DNA of 64,000 nt, from positions 34,038-98,037 of the forward strand of contig QHUM01000038.1 in assembly GCA_003222135.1 (NCBI GenBank), in the 5' to 3' direction. Under the pieces are notes generated by a model. The model was given only the letters and a program-made list of their open reading frames with translations. It was not told the origin of the DNA and did no database searches. Both the position numbers and the translations under genes were made by a program. The number at the start of each line of letters is the position of its first letter. The stretch's first letter is position 1. This stretch comes from Gemmatimonadota bacterium (GTDB lineage: Bacteria; Gemmatimonadota; Gemmatimonadetes; Gemmatimonadales; GWC2-71-9). Below, in pieces: positions 1 to 10,569 of this stretch.

Positions 1-460
1 GTCGTTCCGGCGGCTCGACATCTGGCGCCTCTCGGACGTGGTGCTCGGGCTCACGCTGGCGGGCTACGCGCTCCACCGGCTGGGGCACACGCCATCGCTC
101 GCCCAACTTGCGGCGTTCGCCTTGGCGCTTGCGTCTGCGGCGGTCGTCGTGTACGCCCTCTGGGTCGCGCTGATGAGTCTGGCGTTCTGGTTCGTGTCGG
201 TCGAGAACCTGTCGGTGCTATTCGACGCGGTGTACGAAGGCGCCCGCTACCCGGTGTCGGCCTACCCCGAGGCGTTGCGATTCCTGTTCGTCTACCTGAT
301 TCCGATCGCCTGGACCACGACGATCCCCGCGTCGGCCCTGACCGGGCGGCTGCGGCCCGAGATCGGGCTCGCCGCCGCCCTCGTCGCCGGCACGGCGCTC
401 GCGCTCTCGCGCCTCGTGTGGCGAGCGGCGCTGAAGCGCTACACCGGCGCGAGCGGGTGA
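1..460 (+). CDS. ABC-2 type transporter permease, C-terminal part (gene starts upstream of window)
   Basis: The frame of ORF 38..460 is open to the left edge. Hydrophobic multi-TM C-terminus (YPVSAYPEALRFLFVYLIPIAW) resembles ABC-2/DUF990 permeases. High GC3. Confidence 0.45.
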   Translation, partial: SFRRLDIWRLSDVVLGLTLAGYALHRLGHTPSLAQLAAFALALASAAVVVYALWVALMSLAFWFVSVENLSVLFDAVYEGARYPVSAYPEALRFLFVYLIPIAWTTTIPASALTGRLRPEIGLAAALVAGTALALSRLVWRAALKRYTGASG

Positions 461-470
461 CCCTGCGGTC

Positions 471-1370
471 TTAGGACCGCGTCACGGTGAATTGCCCGCA
501 GGCCGTGAACGCGATCGTCACGTTCGACGTGGCGCCGTTGCGCGTGACCGTGCTCTTGATCGTGCCGGCGTCGAACTTGGGCCGCGCGCTGCAGCTCGCG
601 TTGTAATGCAGCACGGGGTCGGTCGAGACGGTCAGCGAGTACGAGTTCGTACCGTGCGTCCACGTCGATGTGCCGTCGATGCTCAGTTTACCGCTCGGCA
701 AGGGCGCGTCCGGCTGGATCGAACCCGCCGCGTCCGCCGTGAACGTGCTGTTCCACGTGCGGTCGTGGCTTGCCGTGCTGCCGTCGGGGAAGGTGTAGGT
801 GCTCTTGAAGTCCTTCTCGATCTGCGAGATCACCGACGCGTCGCGATCGGTCTCGCGCGTGCCGTTCACCACGAGCGAACGGACCTTGCCGTCGCGCACG
901 TGCACCCAGGTGAGATCGGTGAATACGGTCTTCACCGAGCGGTCCGCCACCGCCGGGGTGGGGTCGACGATGTCGATCGTACCGCGGACGGTGTCGGCCT
1001 CGGTCCCCGCCGCGAACCCGCAGCCGGTGAACGCGATGCGCACCGAGTCGGGCACCCGGTCCCCGTCCGCATTCGCCGGCGACGCTGGGCTGCGGGTGGG
1101 CATGCAGAAGTCACCGGACCCGAATGGGGTGATCGGCGCACCCAGCCCGGGCAGGAACATCCCGCTCGACAGGGTCGCGCCGTCGAGCTCGTTCTGGGCA
1201 TCGGCGGCGACGGCCTCTCCCATCATATTGGCCTCGGGGAGGCTCAGGGCTGGATTGGTGGATCCGCTAGACAGTGGCGCGGTGCTCTCGTGGGTGCAGG
1301 CGGCGACCGCGGCGAGCGCGGCGACCGCCACGCCGGCAATAAGCCGGCGGGGACAGCGAAAGGGCGGCAT
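471..1370 (-). CDS. secreted lipoprotein, unknown function
   Basis: Within ORF 471..1469, the internal ATG at 1370 gives a lipobox signal peptide, MPPFRCPRRLIAGVAVAALAAVAAC. The mature part is Ser/Thr/Asp-rich. No family recognised. Confidence 0.6.
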   Translation of the reverse strand: MPPFRCPRRLIAGVAVAALAAVAACTHESTAPLSSGSTNPALSLPEANMMGEAVAADAQNELDGATLSSGMFLPGLGAPITPFGSGDFCMPTRSPASPANADGDRVPDSVRIAFTGCGFAAGTEADTVRGTIDIVDPTPAVADRSVKTVFTDLTWVHVRDGKVRSLVVNGTRETDRDASVISQIEKDFKSTYTFPDGSTASHDRTWNSTFTADAAGSIQPDAPLPSGKLSIDGTSTWTHGTNSYSLTVSTDPVLHYNASCSARPKFDAGTIKSTVTRNGATSNVTIAFTACGQFTVTRS

Positions 1371-1481
1371 GACAGGTCCTCCTGAGCGGTCTGTAGCGGG
1401 TGGCGTCCTACTATTGAAGAGTGTGGACGGTACCCAGGCGGTAACGTTAAGGTCCGCTGCAAGGCGCAAAATGAGACGCCG

Positions 1482-2492
1482 TCAGCCGAGGATCTGATCG
1501 ATGGTCTGGAGCTCGGCGGCGTCGAACCGGCGGGTCCCGAGCGCTGCCACCGCGTCGTCGATGTGGCCAGACCGGCTGGCGCCGATCAGCGCCGACGTCA
1601 CCTCGGGGTGACGCAGCACCCAGGCCAACGCCATCTGGGCCAGCGTCTGCCCGCGGGCGCGAGCAAGTTCGTTCAGGCGGCGAACCTTCGCCAAGACGTC
1701 CTCCGTCACCTCGTCGCGCTTGAGGAAGCCGTGCGGCTTGGCCGCGCGAGAATCCGCGGGAATGCCCGAGAGATAACGGTCGGTGAGCAGGCCCTGCGCC
1801 AGCGGCGAGAACACGATGCACCCGATCCCCTGCTCACGCAGTGCGGCGAGCAGGCCCTGCTCGATCCAGCGGTTGAACAGGCTGTACTTGGGCTGATGGA
1901 TAAGGCACGGGGTCCCCAGGGCACGCAGGATCCCCGCGGCCTCGCGGGTCTGCTCCGGTGTGTAGGACGAGATCCCGGCGTACAGGGCCCGGCCGCTGCG
2001 CACGGCCTGATCGAGCGCGCCCAGGCTCTCTGCGAGCGGCGTCCGCGGGTCGGGGCGGTGATGATAGAAGATGTCGACGTACTCGAGCCCCATACGGCGC
2101 AGGCTCTGGTCGAGGCTCGCGAGCAGGTACTTGCGGGAGCCCCATTCGCCGTACGGCCCCGGCCACATGAGATATCCGGCCTTCGTCGAAATGATCAGCT
2201 CGTCGCGATACCGCGCTAGATCGCGCCGCAGGATCCGGCCGAACGTCGTTTCCGCCGACCCGGGCGGGGGACCGTAGTTATTCGCCAGATCGAAGTGAGT
2301 GATCCCCAGATCGAACGCGCGCAGCACCATGGCGCGCGAATTACTGAACCGATCGACGCCGCCGAAGTTGTGCCACAGCCCGAGCGAGATGGCGGGGAGA
2401 TCGACGCCGCTCTTCCCGCAGCGCTGGTAGGCAATCGTATCGTATCGGGTCTCGGCTGGGTGATAGGGCATAATGGGACGCATAAGCTGCAT
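1482..2492 (-). CDS. yghZ: aldo/keto reductase, YghZ/Gpr-like (L-glyceraldehyde-3-phosphate reductase family)
   Basis: Near full-length collinear similarity to E. coli YghZ as I remember it (CGKSG..LPAISLGLWHNFG, GITHFDLANNYGPPPGSAE, ELIISTKAGY..WPGPYG..GSRKYLLASLDQSLRRMGLEYVDIFYHHR). Start chosen at ATG 2492; ATG 2483 or 2471 are also possible. Confidence 0.85.
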   Translation of the reverse strand: MQLMRPIMPYHPAETRYDTIAYQRCGKSGVDLPAISLGLWHNFGGVDRFSNSRAMVLRAFDLGITHFDLANNYGPPPGSAETTFGRILRRDLARYRDELIISTKAGYLMWPGPYGEWGSRKYLLASLDQSLRRMGLEYVDIFYHHRPDPRTPLAESLGALDQAVRSGRALYAGISSYTPEQTREAAGILRALGTPCLIHQPKYSLFNRWIEQGLLAALREQGIGCIVFSPLAQGLLTDRYLSGIPADSRAAKPHGFLKRDEVTEDVLAKVRRLNELARARGQTLAQMALAWVLRHPEVTSALIGASRSGHIDDAVAALGTRRFDAAELQTIDQILG

Positions 2493-2551
2493 CCTGCATT
2501 GCACTCTCCGCCAGGACGGATAGGTTAGCGGTCGCTCCGAACCGGGTCCCC

Positions 2552-4801
2552 GTGCCAACCGTCTTCCGAACAGTGTGCGTCGCCGTCGTCGTCGCGGGGA
2601 CGTCCCCCGCCGCCCGTTCGACGGCGCAAACAGCGCCCCGCACGGGTGACTGGCCCGCGTACGGTCACGACGCCGGCGGCACGCGCTACTCTCCGCTCGC
2701 CGAGCTCACGCCTCGCAACGTCGCGCAGCTGCGGATCGCCTGGGTGTACCGCACCGGGGACTACCTGCGCGACCGGGGTCGGTTTGAGGCGGCCCCGCTC
2801 GTGCTCGACGGAATGCTCTACGTCTCGACCCCCCTGGGGCGCGTGATCGCGCTCGACCCGGCGCGAGGAACCGAGCGGTGGCGCTACGACGCGCGCGTCT
2901 CGCTCGAGGGAGACTACGGCGACTTCGCAAACCGCGGCGTGGCAACGTGGCTCGATGAGACCCGCGCGCAGGCCCTGCCTTGCCGCCGCCGGATCTTCCT
3001 CGCCACGGTCGATGCCCGTCTCATCGCGCTCGATAGCCGCATAGGCCGGCCGTGCGCTGACTTCGGCACCGGAGGGGAGGTGGACCTGACGGGCGGGTTG
3101 CGTCACGCGCCGGCCTACCACTGGGAGTACGGGGTCACCTCCCCGCCGGCCGTGGCTGCCGGCCTCGTGATCGTCGGGTCGGCGGTGAGTGACAATCAAC
3201 GGGTGGACGCGCCGGAGGGGGTGGTGCGCGCCTTCGACGCCCGCACCGGCCGGTTGCGCTGGAGCTGGGACCCAGTCCCGGCCCCGTCCACCGCCGGCGC
3301 CGCCAATGCCTGGTCGGTCCTCGCCGCCGACCCGGCGCGCGACCTCGTCTTCGTTCCCACGGGCAGCGCCAGCCCGGACTTTTACGGCGGCCAGCGCCCC
3401 GGCGCCAACGCCCACGCCAACTCCGTGGTCGCGCTGCGCGCATCCACCGGACGTCTGGTGTGGGCCTTCCAGGTCGTGCATCACGACCTGTGGGACTACG
3501 ACGTGCCGGCTCAGCCGGTGTTGTTCACGCTGCGGCACGGCGGCTCCTCAGTCCCTGCGGTCGCGGTCGCGACGAAGATGGGTCACCTGTTCATTCTGGA
3601 TCGCCGTACGGGAGCACCCCTGTTTCCCATCGAGGAGCGCCCCGTGCCGGCGAGCGACGTGCCGGGGGAGGCGGCGTGGCCGACCCAGCCGTTTCCGGTG
3701 CCGGCGCTCCGGCTCGCGCCCGAGAGCCTCGCGGCCGCGGACGCGTTCGGCACGACGCCTGACGCCCGGCGACAGTGTCGCGACCGCATCGCGGCGCTAC
3801 GCTACGACGGGGTGTTCACGCCGCCGTCGCTCCGCGGAACCATCATCTTCCCCGGGGACATCGGCGGCATGAACTGGTCGGGCGTCGCGGTCGACGAGCG
3901 GCGCGGCGTACTGATCGCGCCCAGTAACCGGCTCGCCATGGCCGTCACGCTGATCCCGCGTGACTCGGTCATGGCGGCGCGCCACGCGCACCCGCACAGC
4001 GAGATTAGCGCCCAGCGCGGAACGCCCTTTGGGATGATGCGCGACGTGCTGTTCGACTCCGCCGGGGTGCCGTGCAACCCGCCGCCGTGGGGGACGCTGG
4101 CGGCGGTGGACCTCGCCGCTGCGCGCGTGACGTGGGAAGTGCCGCTCGGTACGGTACCGGGCGTCGCGGCGGGCTCGATCAATCTCGGCGGTGCGATGAT
4201 CACCGGGGGCGGGCTGGTGTTCATCGCCGGCACGGTCGATCAGCGCCTCCGGGCGTTCGACGAAGTGACTGGACGGGAGCTGTGGAGCGCCGGCCTCCCC
4301 GCGGGCGCGCAGGCACTGCCGGTCACCTACCTCGCAGGTGGGCGCCAGTACGTCGCCGTCGCCGCGGGCGGCCACGACCGGCTGCACACGACGATGGGCG
4401 ATTACGTGGTGGCGTTCACCCTGCCGGGCGCGGGTGCACCCGTTCCCGACACGATCGCGGCTCCGGTCGAGGGTGCGTACGCGGGCGAGATCCGGGTGGG
4501 CGGCGCCGCAATCGGCCTGGATCTGACGATCGGGGCGACGGCCGACTCGCTTACCGGGCTCGTCGGCCGGATCGACTCGATCCGGGTCACCGGGCCCGTC
4601 ACGGTGCGACGCGCGGGACGGAGCGTGACGATCCGGGTACCGTTCGACTATGCCGCGAAGCGCTGCGCCGGGACGATCGCAGCGACCGGCGAGCAGTGGA
4701 ACGGCGCCCGTCTGCTGGAGGGGGACGTGGAAGTGAGCGGCTCGTGCGGGGGCGGTCCGCCCGAGCACGGGACGTTCGCGCTGTGGCGGCGGGCCCAATG
4801 A
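2552..4801 (+). CDS. PQQ-dependent (quinoprotein) dehydrogenase family protein with about 120-aa C-terminal extension
   Basis: GTG start and signal-like N-terminus. Quinoprotein glucose/quinate dehydrogenase signature blocks (DWPAYGHDAGGTRYSPL, PLVLDGMLYVSTP, NAWSVLAADP, HHDLWDYD, GGMNWSG, PPWGTL). The C-terminal 120 aa has no family I recognise. Confidence 0.8.
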   Translation: MPTVFRTVCVAVVVAGTSPAARSTAQTAPRTGDWPAYGHDAGGTRYSPLAELTPRNVAQLRIAWVYRTGDYLRDRGRFEAAPLVLDGMLYVSTPLGRVIALDPARGTERWRYDARVSLEGDYGDFANRGVATWLDETRAQALPCRRRIFLATVDARLIALDSRIGRPCADFGTGGEVDLTGGLRHAPAYHWEYGVTSPPAVAAGLVIVGSAVSDNQRVDAPEGVVRAFDARTGRLRWSWDPVPAPSTAGAANAWSVLAADPARDLVFVPTGSASPDFYGGQRPGANAHANSVVALRASTGRLVWAFQVVHHDLWDYDVPAQPVLFTLRHGGSSVPAVAVATKMGHLFILDRRTGAPLFPIEERPVPASDVPGEAAWPTQPFPVPALRLAPESLAAADAFGTTPDARRQCRDRIAALRYDGVFTPPSLRGTIIFPGDIGGMNWSGVAVDERRGVLIAPSNRLAMAVTLIPRDSVMAARHAHPHSEISAQRGTPFGMMRDVLFDSAGVPCNPPPWGTLAAVDLAAARVTWEVPLGTVPGVAAGSINLGGAMITGGGLVFIAGTVDQRLRAFDEVTGRELWSAGLPAGAQALPVTYLAGGRQYVAVAAGGHDRLHTTMGDYVVAFTLPGAGAPVPDTIAAPVEGAYAGEIRVGGAAIGLDLTIGATADSLTGLVGRIDSIRVTGPVTVRRAGRSVTIRVPFDYAAKRCAGTIAATGEQWNGARLLEGDVEVSGSCGGGPPEHGTFALWRRAQ

Positions 4802-4854
4802 ACGACGCCGGGGCCGCGCGCGTAGCCTACAAGGCTCCCCATGGAGGTTTCCCC

Positions 4855-6888
4855 TTGACTGCGACTCCTCGTTTGCTCGCCGCCCTAGTCGCCTGCCTCG
4901 CGCCGGCGCCGCTCGTGGCCCAGGGCATCCACCCCGGCTTGGACCCCGCGAACCGCGACACGACGTGCGCTCCGTGCCAGGACTTCTACCGCTACGCGAA
5001 CGGCGGCTGGCTGGCGCGCACCACCCTGGCCCCCGAGTACGCGAGCTACGGCAGCTTCACGGAGCTGGTGGAGCGCAACAACGAGACGCTGCACCGCATC
5101 GTCGACCGGCTCGCCGCCGCCGCGCCCGCGACTCCGCAGACCACCGACGGCAAGCTCGGCGCCTTCTACGCATCGTGCATGGACTCGAGCGCCGTGGAGC
5201 AGGCGGGCACCGGACCATTGCAGGAAGAGCTGCGCCGCATCGGGGGCGTGGCGTCGACCGGCGACGTGGTGCGCACAGTCGCGCGGCTGCACGGGAGCGG
5301 CCGGGAGGCGCTCTTCAACCTCGGCGGCGCGCCGGACTTCAAGAACAGCGTCATGACGATCGCGTCTACGTCGCAAGGGGGGCTCGGTCTCCCCGACCGC
5401 GACTACTACCTGCGCTCCGACTCGACCGCGACGGCGCTGCGCGGCGCGTACCTGCACTACCTGTCGGCCACGCTGCAGTTGCTGGGCGATCGACCCGCCG
5501 CGGCCGACTCCACCGCCGCGCGCGTCGTGGCGCTCGAAACGGCGCTCGCCCGCGCGTCCCTCACCCGGGTCGAGCGGCGCGATCCGAATGCCAACTACCA
5601 CAAGCTGTCCCTGGCTGCCGCCGACTCCCTCACGCCCCACGTCGCGTGGGCCGCGTTCCTGCGCGACGCCGGCGCCCCCAAGACCGACGCGATCAACGTG
5701 GGCCAGCCCCGTTTCTTCCGCGCGGTGGACAGCCTGCTCGTGGCGCTGCCGCTCGCCAACTGGCGCGACTATCTGCGGTGGCACCTGGTGCGCCAGTCGG
5801 CCCAGTGGCTCTCCAGTCCGTTCGTGAACGAGAGCTTTCGTTTCCAGAGCGCCCTCACCGGCGTGAAGGAGCAGCAGCCGCGCTGGAAGCGCTGCCTCCA
5901 GACGGCCAACTTCCTGATGGGCGACGCCATCGGCCAGGCGTACGTGCAGGAGACGTTCACGCCCGACGCGCGCCGCCGCGCCCTCGACATGGTCGAGAAC
6001 CTGATCGCCGCCCTGGACGACCGGTTGCACACGCTCGAGTGGATGAGCGACGCGACCCGCGCCCAGGCGCTCGGCAAGCTGCACGCGTTCGGCAAGAAGA
6101 TCGGCTACCCTGACAAATGGCGGGACTATTCCAAGCTGAGCGTCGACCGCGGACCGTTCATCGGCAACGTGCTCCGCGCCCAGGCGTTCGCCACCCACCG
6201 CAACCTGGAGCGCATCGGCAAGCCCGTAGAGCGGGACGAGTGGCGCATGACGGCGCCCACGGTCAACGCCTCCTACAACCCGTCGCTCAACGACATCACG
6301 TTCCCCGCCGGCATCCTCCAGCCCCCCTTCTTCGACGCGACGGCCGACGACGCCGTGAACTACGGGGGCATGGGCGCCGTGATCGGCCACGAGATGACGC
6401 ACGGGTTCGACGACCAGGGCCGTCAGTTCGACGCCGCGGGCAACCTGCGTGACTGGTGGACCCCCGACGACGCCGAGCGTTTCAAGACACGCGCGGGGCT
6501 CGTGGCGAAGCAGTTCGATTCATACACAGTGGTGGACAGCGTGACCCATGTGAACGGGCGGCTCACGCTGGGCGAGGACATCGCAGACCTGGGCGGTCTC
6601 AAGGTCGCCTACGCCGCGTTCCAGCGCGCGCTCGCGCGGGGCGCGCGACCACACGACATCGACGGGCTTTCGCCGGAGCAGCGGTTCTTCCTCGCCTGGG
6701 CGCAGATCTGGCGATCCAAGGCGACCGACCAGTACCTGCGCAACCAGGTGACCGTCGACCCCCATGCACCCGCCCGGTGGCGCGTCATGGGGCCGCTGTC
6801 GAACCTGCCCGAGTTCGCTCGAGCGTTCCACTGCCAGGAGGGAACTGCGATGGTGCGGCCCGACAGCCTGCGGGCGCAGATCTGGTAG
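4855..6888 (+). CDS. M13 family zinc metallopeptidase (PepO / endothelin-converting-enzyme-like), secreted
   Basis: HEXXH zinc motif (VIGHEMTHGFDDQG), downstream GEDIADLGG, and C-terminal VRPDSLRAQIW typical of M13. TTG 4855 is preceded by GGAGG (4843..4847) and gives signal peptide MTATPRLLAALVACLAPAPLVAQ. Alternative ATG 4798 overlaps the upstream stop (ATGA). Confidence 0.85.
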   Translation: MTATPRLLAALVACLAPAPLVAQGIHPGLDPANRDTTCAPCQDFYRYANGGWLARTTLAPEYASYGSFTELVERNNETLHRIVDRLAAAAPATPQTTDGKLGAFYASCMDSSAVEQAGTGPLQEELRRIGGVASTGDVVRTVARLHGSGREALFNLGGAPDFKNSVMTIASTSQGGLGLPDRDYYLRSDSTATALRGAYLHYLSATLQLLGDRPAAADSTAARVVALETALARASLTRVERRDPNANYHKLSLAAADSLTPHVAWAAFLRDAGAPKTDAINVGQPRFFRAVDSLLVALPLANWRDYLRWHLVRQSAQWLSSPFVNESFRFQSALTGVKEQQPRWKRCLQTANFLMGDAIGQAYVQETFTPDARRRALDMVENLIAALDDRLHTLEWMSDATRAQALGKLHAFGKKIGYPDKWRDYSKLSVDRGPFIGNVLRAQAFATHRNLERIGKPVERDEWRMTAPTVNASYNPSLNDITFPAGILQPPFFDATADDAVNYGGMGAVIGHEMTHGFDDQGRQFDAAGNLRDWWTPDDAERFKTRAGLVAKQFDSYTVVDSVTHVNGRLTLGEDIADLGGLKVAYAAFQRALARGARPHDIDGLSPEQRFFLAWAQIWRSKATDQYLRNQVTVDPHAPARWRVMGPLSNLPEFARAFHCQEGTAMVRPDSLRAQIW

Positions 6889-6894
6889 CCGCCG

Positions 6895-7689
6895 TCAGGC
6901 GGCGGCCGGAGTCCCGGGATGCGCGGAGCCGCTCGTGGTCTCGATCCGGTTCGATCCGCGCCGCTTCGCGTCGTACAGCGCGGCGTCCGCCAGCGCGTAC
7001 AGTTGATCCTGACTGGTAGCGTCGAAGGGCGCCGTGGCGATCCCCCCGCTCACGGTCACCTCGAGGAACCGCCCGCACACCGGCTGGGTCTCGAACCACG
7101 ACTCGACGTCGGCGCGGAACCGTTCCGCCACGGTGCGCGCCTCCGCCTGCTGGGTGTCCGACAGGATGATCGCGAATTCGTCGCCGCCCAGCCGGCACGG
7201 CACGTCCGCACCGCGCAGGTGCTTGCGGATCAGCTCGCCGAACGCCAGCAGCACCTTGTCCCCAACCCGGTGTCCGTACTCGTCATTGATCTCCTTGAAC
7301 TCATCCAGATCGAGCAGCAGCAACGACACCGGGTTGCCGTAGCGCTGGCAGCGCTGCAGCTCCCGCCTCAGCTCGTGCTCGAAATAGCCGCGATCGTACA
7401 GACCGGTCAGGGCGTCGGAGATGGCACGGCGCTCGATCGCGTCGAGGGCCGCGGTTTCGATGATGGTCGCGTCGACGTGCTGCGGCTGAATGTTGATGAG
7501 GTAATCGAGCAACGCGACACGCCGCCCCACGTCGCGGCCCAGCCGTCGCAGCAGCTCGCGGCGGTGGCGTGATACCTCGCGCCACAGCCGCTCCGCCTCG
7601 GCCTCGGGGACCTGGAGGTGCGCGATCTGTTGCAGCCGCGCGGCGTAGGAGTTGGCAGGCGCCATCCCTTGGCGACTGGGCGTAGCCAT
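6895..7689 (-). CDS. GGDEF-domain diguanylate cyclase
   Basis: DALTGLYDRGYF, LLLLDLDEFKEINDEYGH.VGD and RLGGDEFAIIL (GGDEF active site). Short coiled N-terminus. ATG 7689 chosen; ATG 7782 possible. Confidence 0.8.
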   Translation of the reverse strand: MATPSRQGMAPANSYAARLQQIAHLQVPEAEAERLWREVSRHRRELLRRLGRDVGRRVALLDYLINIQPQHVDATIIETAALDAIERRAISDALTGLYDRGYFEHELRRELQRCQRYGNPVSLLLLDLDEFKEINDEYGHRVGDKVLLAFGELIRKHLRGADVPCRLGGDEFAIILSDTQQAEARTVAERFRADVESWFETQPVCGRFLEVTVSGGIATAPFDATSQDQLYALADAALYDAKRRGSNRIETTSGSAHPGTPAAA

Positions 7690-7909
7690 GCTGACGGTCC
7701 CCCCTCTGGGAGCCCCCACGGTTGGGGGCTCGGGCGCCTGGATTTGCACAGAGCGTACCCGCGACGCCTGCTGTTCTAACATATTTCGTGGGAAGCGGTT
7801 AGGTGATAGAATTAGGGCGCTCCAAAGTGACTGGCGGGCCCCATTCGTGTGCGAATCGGGACGCGACGCCCCGAAATGGGGCGTGTCCCACCTGACACCG
7901 GAGGAATTC

Positions 7910-9727
7910 ATGCTTCGTGTCGTCGTCCTGATCGCCGGCCTGCTCCCGGCCGCTCTCCCCCTGCCCGTCGGCGCACAACAGGCCGCCGACACGGCGTACG
8001 CCAAGAGCGAGGCCAACATCCCTATGCGCGATGGCGTCAAGCTGCGGGTCGTCATCCTCGCGCCGCACGCCGCCAGGCCGCTCCCGATTCTGTTGCAGCG
8101 CACGCCCTACAACGCCAACGGCGCGATCGGCTTCGCGCGCCGTGCCAAGGAGCTCGGCCTGGACGGTTACATCATCGTCTTCGGCGACATCCGCGGTCGC
8201 TTCCGCTCGGAGGGCCGGTTCGACATGAATCGGCCGCCGCGCGCGGGCACGCCGGGGATCGACGAGAGCACCGACGCGTACGATACGATCGACTGGCTCG
8301 TGAAGAACGTGCCGAACAACAATGGTAAGGTCGGCACGTTCGGCGTCTCGTACCCTGGGTGGCTCACGGCGGTCACGGGCATAGGCCCGCACCCCGCCCT
8401 CAAGGCGATCTCACCCCAGGCGCCGATGGGCGACACCTGGATGGGCGACGACTTCTTTCACCAGGGGGCGTTCCGGCTGAGCTACGGCACCGAGTACACC
8501 TGGAGCATGGAATCGTCATCCGACGAAAGCGAAGAGCCGTCCCCATCCCGCTACGACCTGTACGAGTGGTATCGGTCGTTTCCGACCCTGGACGCGCTCG
8601 CCCGGACCGTCCGCGCCGACCGGTGGCCGAGCTGGCACCGGTTCTCGGAGCACCCGGCGTACGACTCGGTGTGGCAGGCCCGCGCGCTGCCGCGCTACAT
8701 GGGCCATGCGACCGTGCCGACGCTCGTGGTGGGCGGGTGGTGGGACCAGGAGGATGAGTACGGTCCGCTCGCCCATTACGCCGCGCTCGAGCGCAGCGAC
8801 ACCGCGCGGCTCGCGCATCTGGTGATGGGTCCGTGGTATCACGGGCAATGGTCCGGCGATTCCGGCACGGCGCTGGGCAATGTCCGCTTCGGCCGTGCGA
8901 CCGGTGTCGAGTACCGGGAGCTCCAGTCCCGCTGGTTCGGCTACTGGCTCAAGGGCGAAGGAGACGGGCGGTTCCCCGCAGCGTGGTTATTCGACGCCGG
9001 CACCGACAGCTGGCGCACGTTCGACACGTGGCCCCCGGCGAACGCCGTACGCCGCCGGCTGTACTTGCGCGCCGACGGCGCGCTGTCATTCGACCCGCCG
9101 ACCGCGGCGGACGCGAGCGACCAGTTCACCTCCGATCCGGCGCATCCCGTGCCCTACCGCCCGCGACCGGTCGAGCTCACCTATTCGCGCACTTCACGCT
9201 GGCGGCGCTGGGAAACGGAGGATCAGCGCTTCGTGGACGGGCGGCCGGACGTGCTCACCTGGCAGACACCGCCGCTCACCGAAGACGTGACCGTCGCAGG
9301 CGATGTCGTCGCGCACCTCTACGCCTCGACCACAGGCAGTGATGCCGACTGGGTGGCGAAGCTCATCGACGTCTATCCCGATACCGTGCCGGGCCGACCG
9401 GAGATGCAGGGCTACGAACTGATGGTGACGGGAGACATCATGCGCGGCCGGTACCGCAAGAGTTGGGAGCGGCCGGAGGGGATCCCGGCGAACGCGATCC
9501 AGCCGTTCACGGTGGACCTGCACCAGCAGGCGTACACGTTCCTGAAGGGCCACCGCATCATGGTGCAGGTGCAGAGCACCTGGTTCCCGCTGTACGACCG
9601 TAATCCGCAGAGCTTCGTGCCCAACATCTTTCGGGCGCGCGCGGAGGACTACAAGGCCCGCGTGCATCGGGTGTACCGCACGACCCAGTATCCGTCGAAC
9701 GTCGAGATCGAGGCGCTTCCCCGCTAA
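7910..9727 (+). CDS. CocE/NonD family hydrolase (S15 X-Pro dipeptidyl-peptidase-like), secreted
   Basis: GGAGGA RBS before ATG 7910. Signal peptide MLRVVVLIAGLLPAALPLPVGAQQ. Nucleophile block GTFGVSYPGW. C-terminal jelly-roll block (RIMVQVQSTWFPLYDRNPQ). Confidence 0.8.
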   Translation: MLRVVVLIAGLLPAALPLPVGAQQAADTAYAKSEANIPMRDGVKLRVVILAPHAARPLPILLQRTPYNANGAIGFARRAKELGLDGYIIVFGDIRGRFRSEGRFDMNRPPRAGTPGIDESTDAYDTIDWLVKNVPNNNGKVGTFGVSYPGWLTAVTGIGPHPALKAISPQAPMGDTWMGDDFFHQGAFRLSYGTEYTWSMESSSDESEEPSPSRYDLYEWYRSFPTLDALARTVRADRWPSWHRFSEHPAYDSVWQARALPRYMGHATVPTLVVGGWWDQEDEYGPLAHYAALERSDTARLAHLVMGPWYHGQWSGDSGTALGNVRFGRATGVEYRELQSRWFGYWLKGEGDGRFPAAWLFDAGTDSWRTFDTWPPANAVRRRLYLRADGALSFDPPTAADASDQFTSDPAHPVPYRPRPVELTYSRTSRWRRWETEDQRFVDGRPDVLTWQTPPLTEDVTVAGDVVAHLYASTTGSDADWVAKLIDVYPDTVPGRPEMQGYELMVTGDIMRGRYRKSWERPEGIPANAIQPFTVDLHQQAYTFLKGHRIMVQVQSTWFPLYDRNPQSFVPNIFRARAEDYKARVHRVYRTTQYPSNVEIEALPR

Positions 9728-9843
9728 CACGCCTCCTGACGGAGCCCTGACAGTCCCGCCGCAACCTTCCCCGGGATTCGAACGTCTTACGTTCACACGC
9801 TCCCGCGCCATGCCGTCCGCCCATCGAGCCCCGGAGGCCGGTT

Positions 9844-10521
9844 ATGGTTCCCACACTGATCGAGTCCGCACGTAGAACCGACAAGCAGCGCGTCCTGGGC
9901 ACCGCAGTAGTCTCGCTCACGATTCACGCCGGCGTGATCGCCGGCGCCGTGTTCGCTACGCTGCAGGTCAAAGGGACCGACCACACCGTCAAGGTCGACA
10001 CCACGATGGTGCTGCTCGCGCCGCAACAGCGGCCCAAGGTGCCCGAGCAGCAACCCGCGCAGCTGGATGTGCCGCTCAAGGGGTTCCAAGTCGTCGTCGT
10101 GCCGCCGGAGATTCCCGCCGACATCCCCCCGGTGGAGCTGCATGAGCATTTCGATCCAAAGGACTATTCTGGCGCGGGTGTCGAGGGTGGCCGCGCGCAG
10201 AGCGTCGCGCCCGACGACAACCGGGTCTATCTCGAGACGGTGGTGGAGCAACGGCCCGAGTTGCTCTCGGGCCCCCCGCCCTACCCCGAGCTGCTACGAG
10301 GGGCAGGCGTCCGCGGCCGCGTGGTGCTCCAGGCGGTCGTGGACACGACGGGCCGACTCGAGCCCAACTCCATCAAGATCGTCCAGAGCCCCCACGCCGG
10401 GTTCGGCCCGCCCATCCGGCAATGGGCGGCGACCGCGCTGTTCAGTCCGGCCCGGTTGCAGGGTCGAGCGGTCCGCGTGCTCGTCCGCCTGCCACTCGAC
10501 TACGCCGTGTCTCAGAACTGA
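9844..10521 (+). CDS. energy transducer TonB family protein
   Basis: N-terminal anchor helix (VVSLTIHAGVIAGAVFATL), Pro-rich spacer, and C-terminal TonB fold block (PPYPELLRGAGVRGRVVLQAVVDTTGR...P...GF..........F.PA...GR.V). Confidence 0.7.
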   Translation: MVPTLIESARRTDKQRVLGTAVVSLTIHAGVIAGAVFATLQVKGTDHTVKVDTTMVLLAPQQRPKVPEQQPAQLDVPLKGFQVVVVPPEIPADIPPVELHEHFDPKDYSGAGVEGGRAQSVAPDDNRVYLETVVEQRPELLSGPPPYPELLRGAGVRGRVVLQAVVDTTGRLEPNSIKIVQSPHAGFGPPIRQWAATALFSPARLQGRAVRVLVRLPLDYAVSQN

Positions 10522-10569
10522 ACGGCTCGTGGCGGACACGCTATGTCGCGGCAGTGACACACTAAAACC

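Noticed and set aside
4072-4854. Long N-terminal extension of the M13 peptidase ORF (938-aa version)
   Set aside because: The extension lies in another frame over the PQQ-dehydrogenase gene and is Arg/Gly-rich. Peptidase homology and a signal peptide begin only after about 4798-4855, where an SD-supported TTG and an ATGA-coupled ATG exist.
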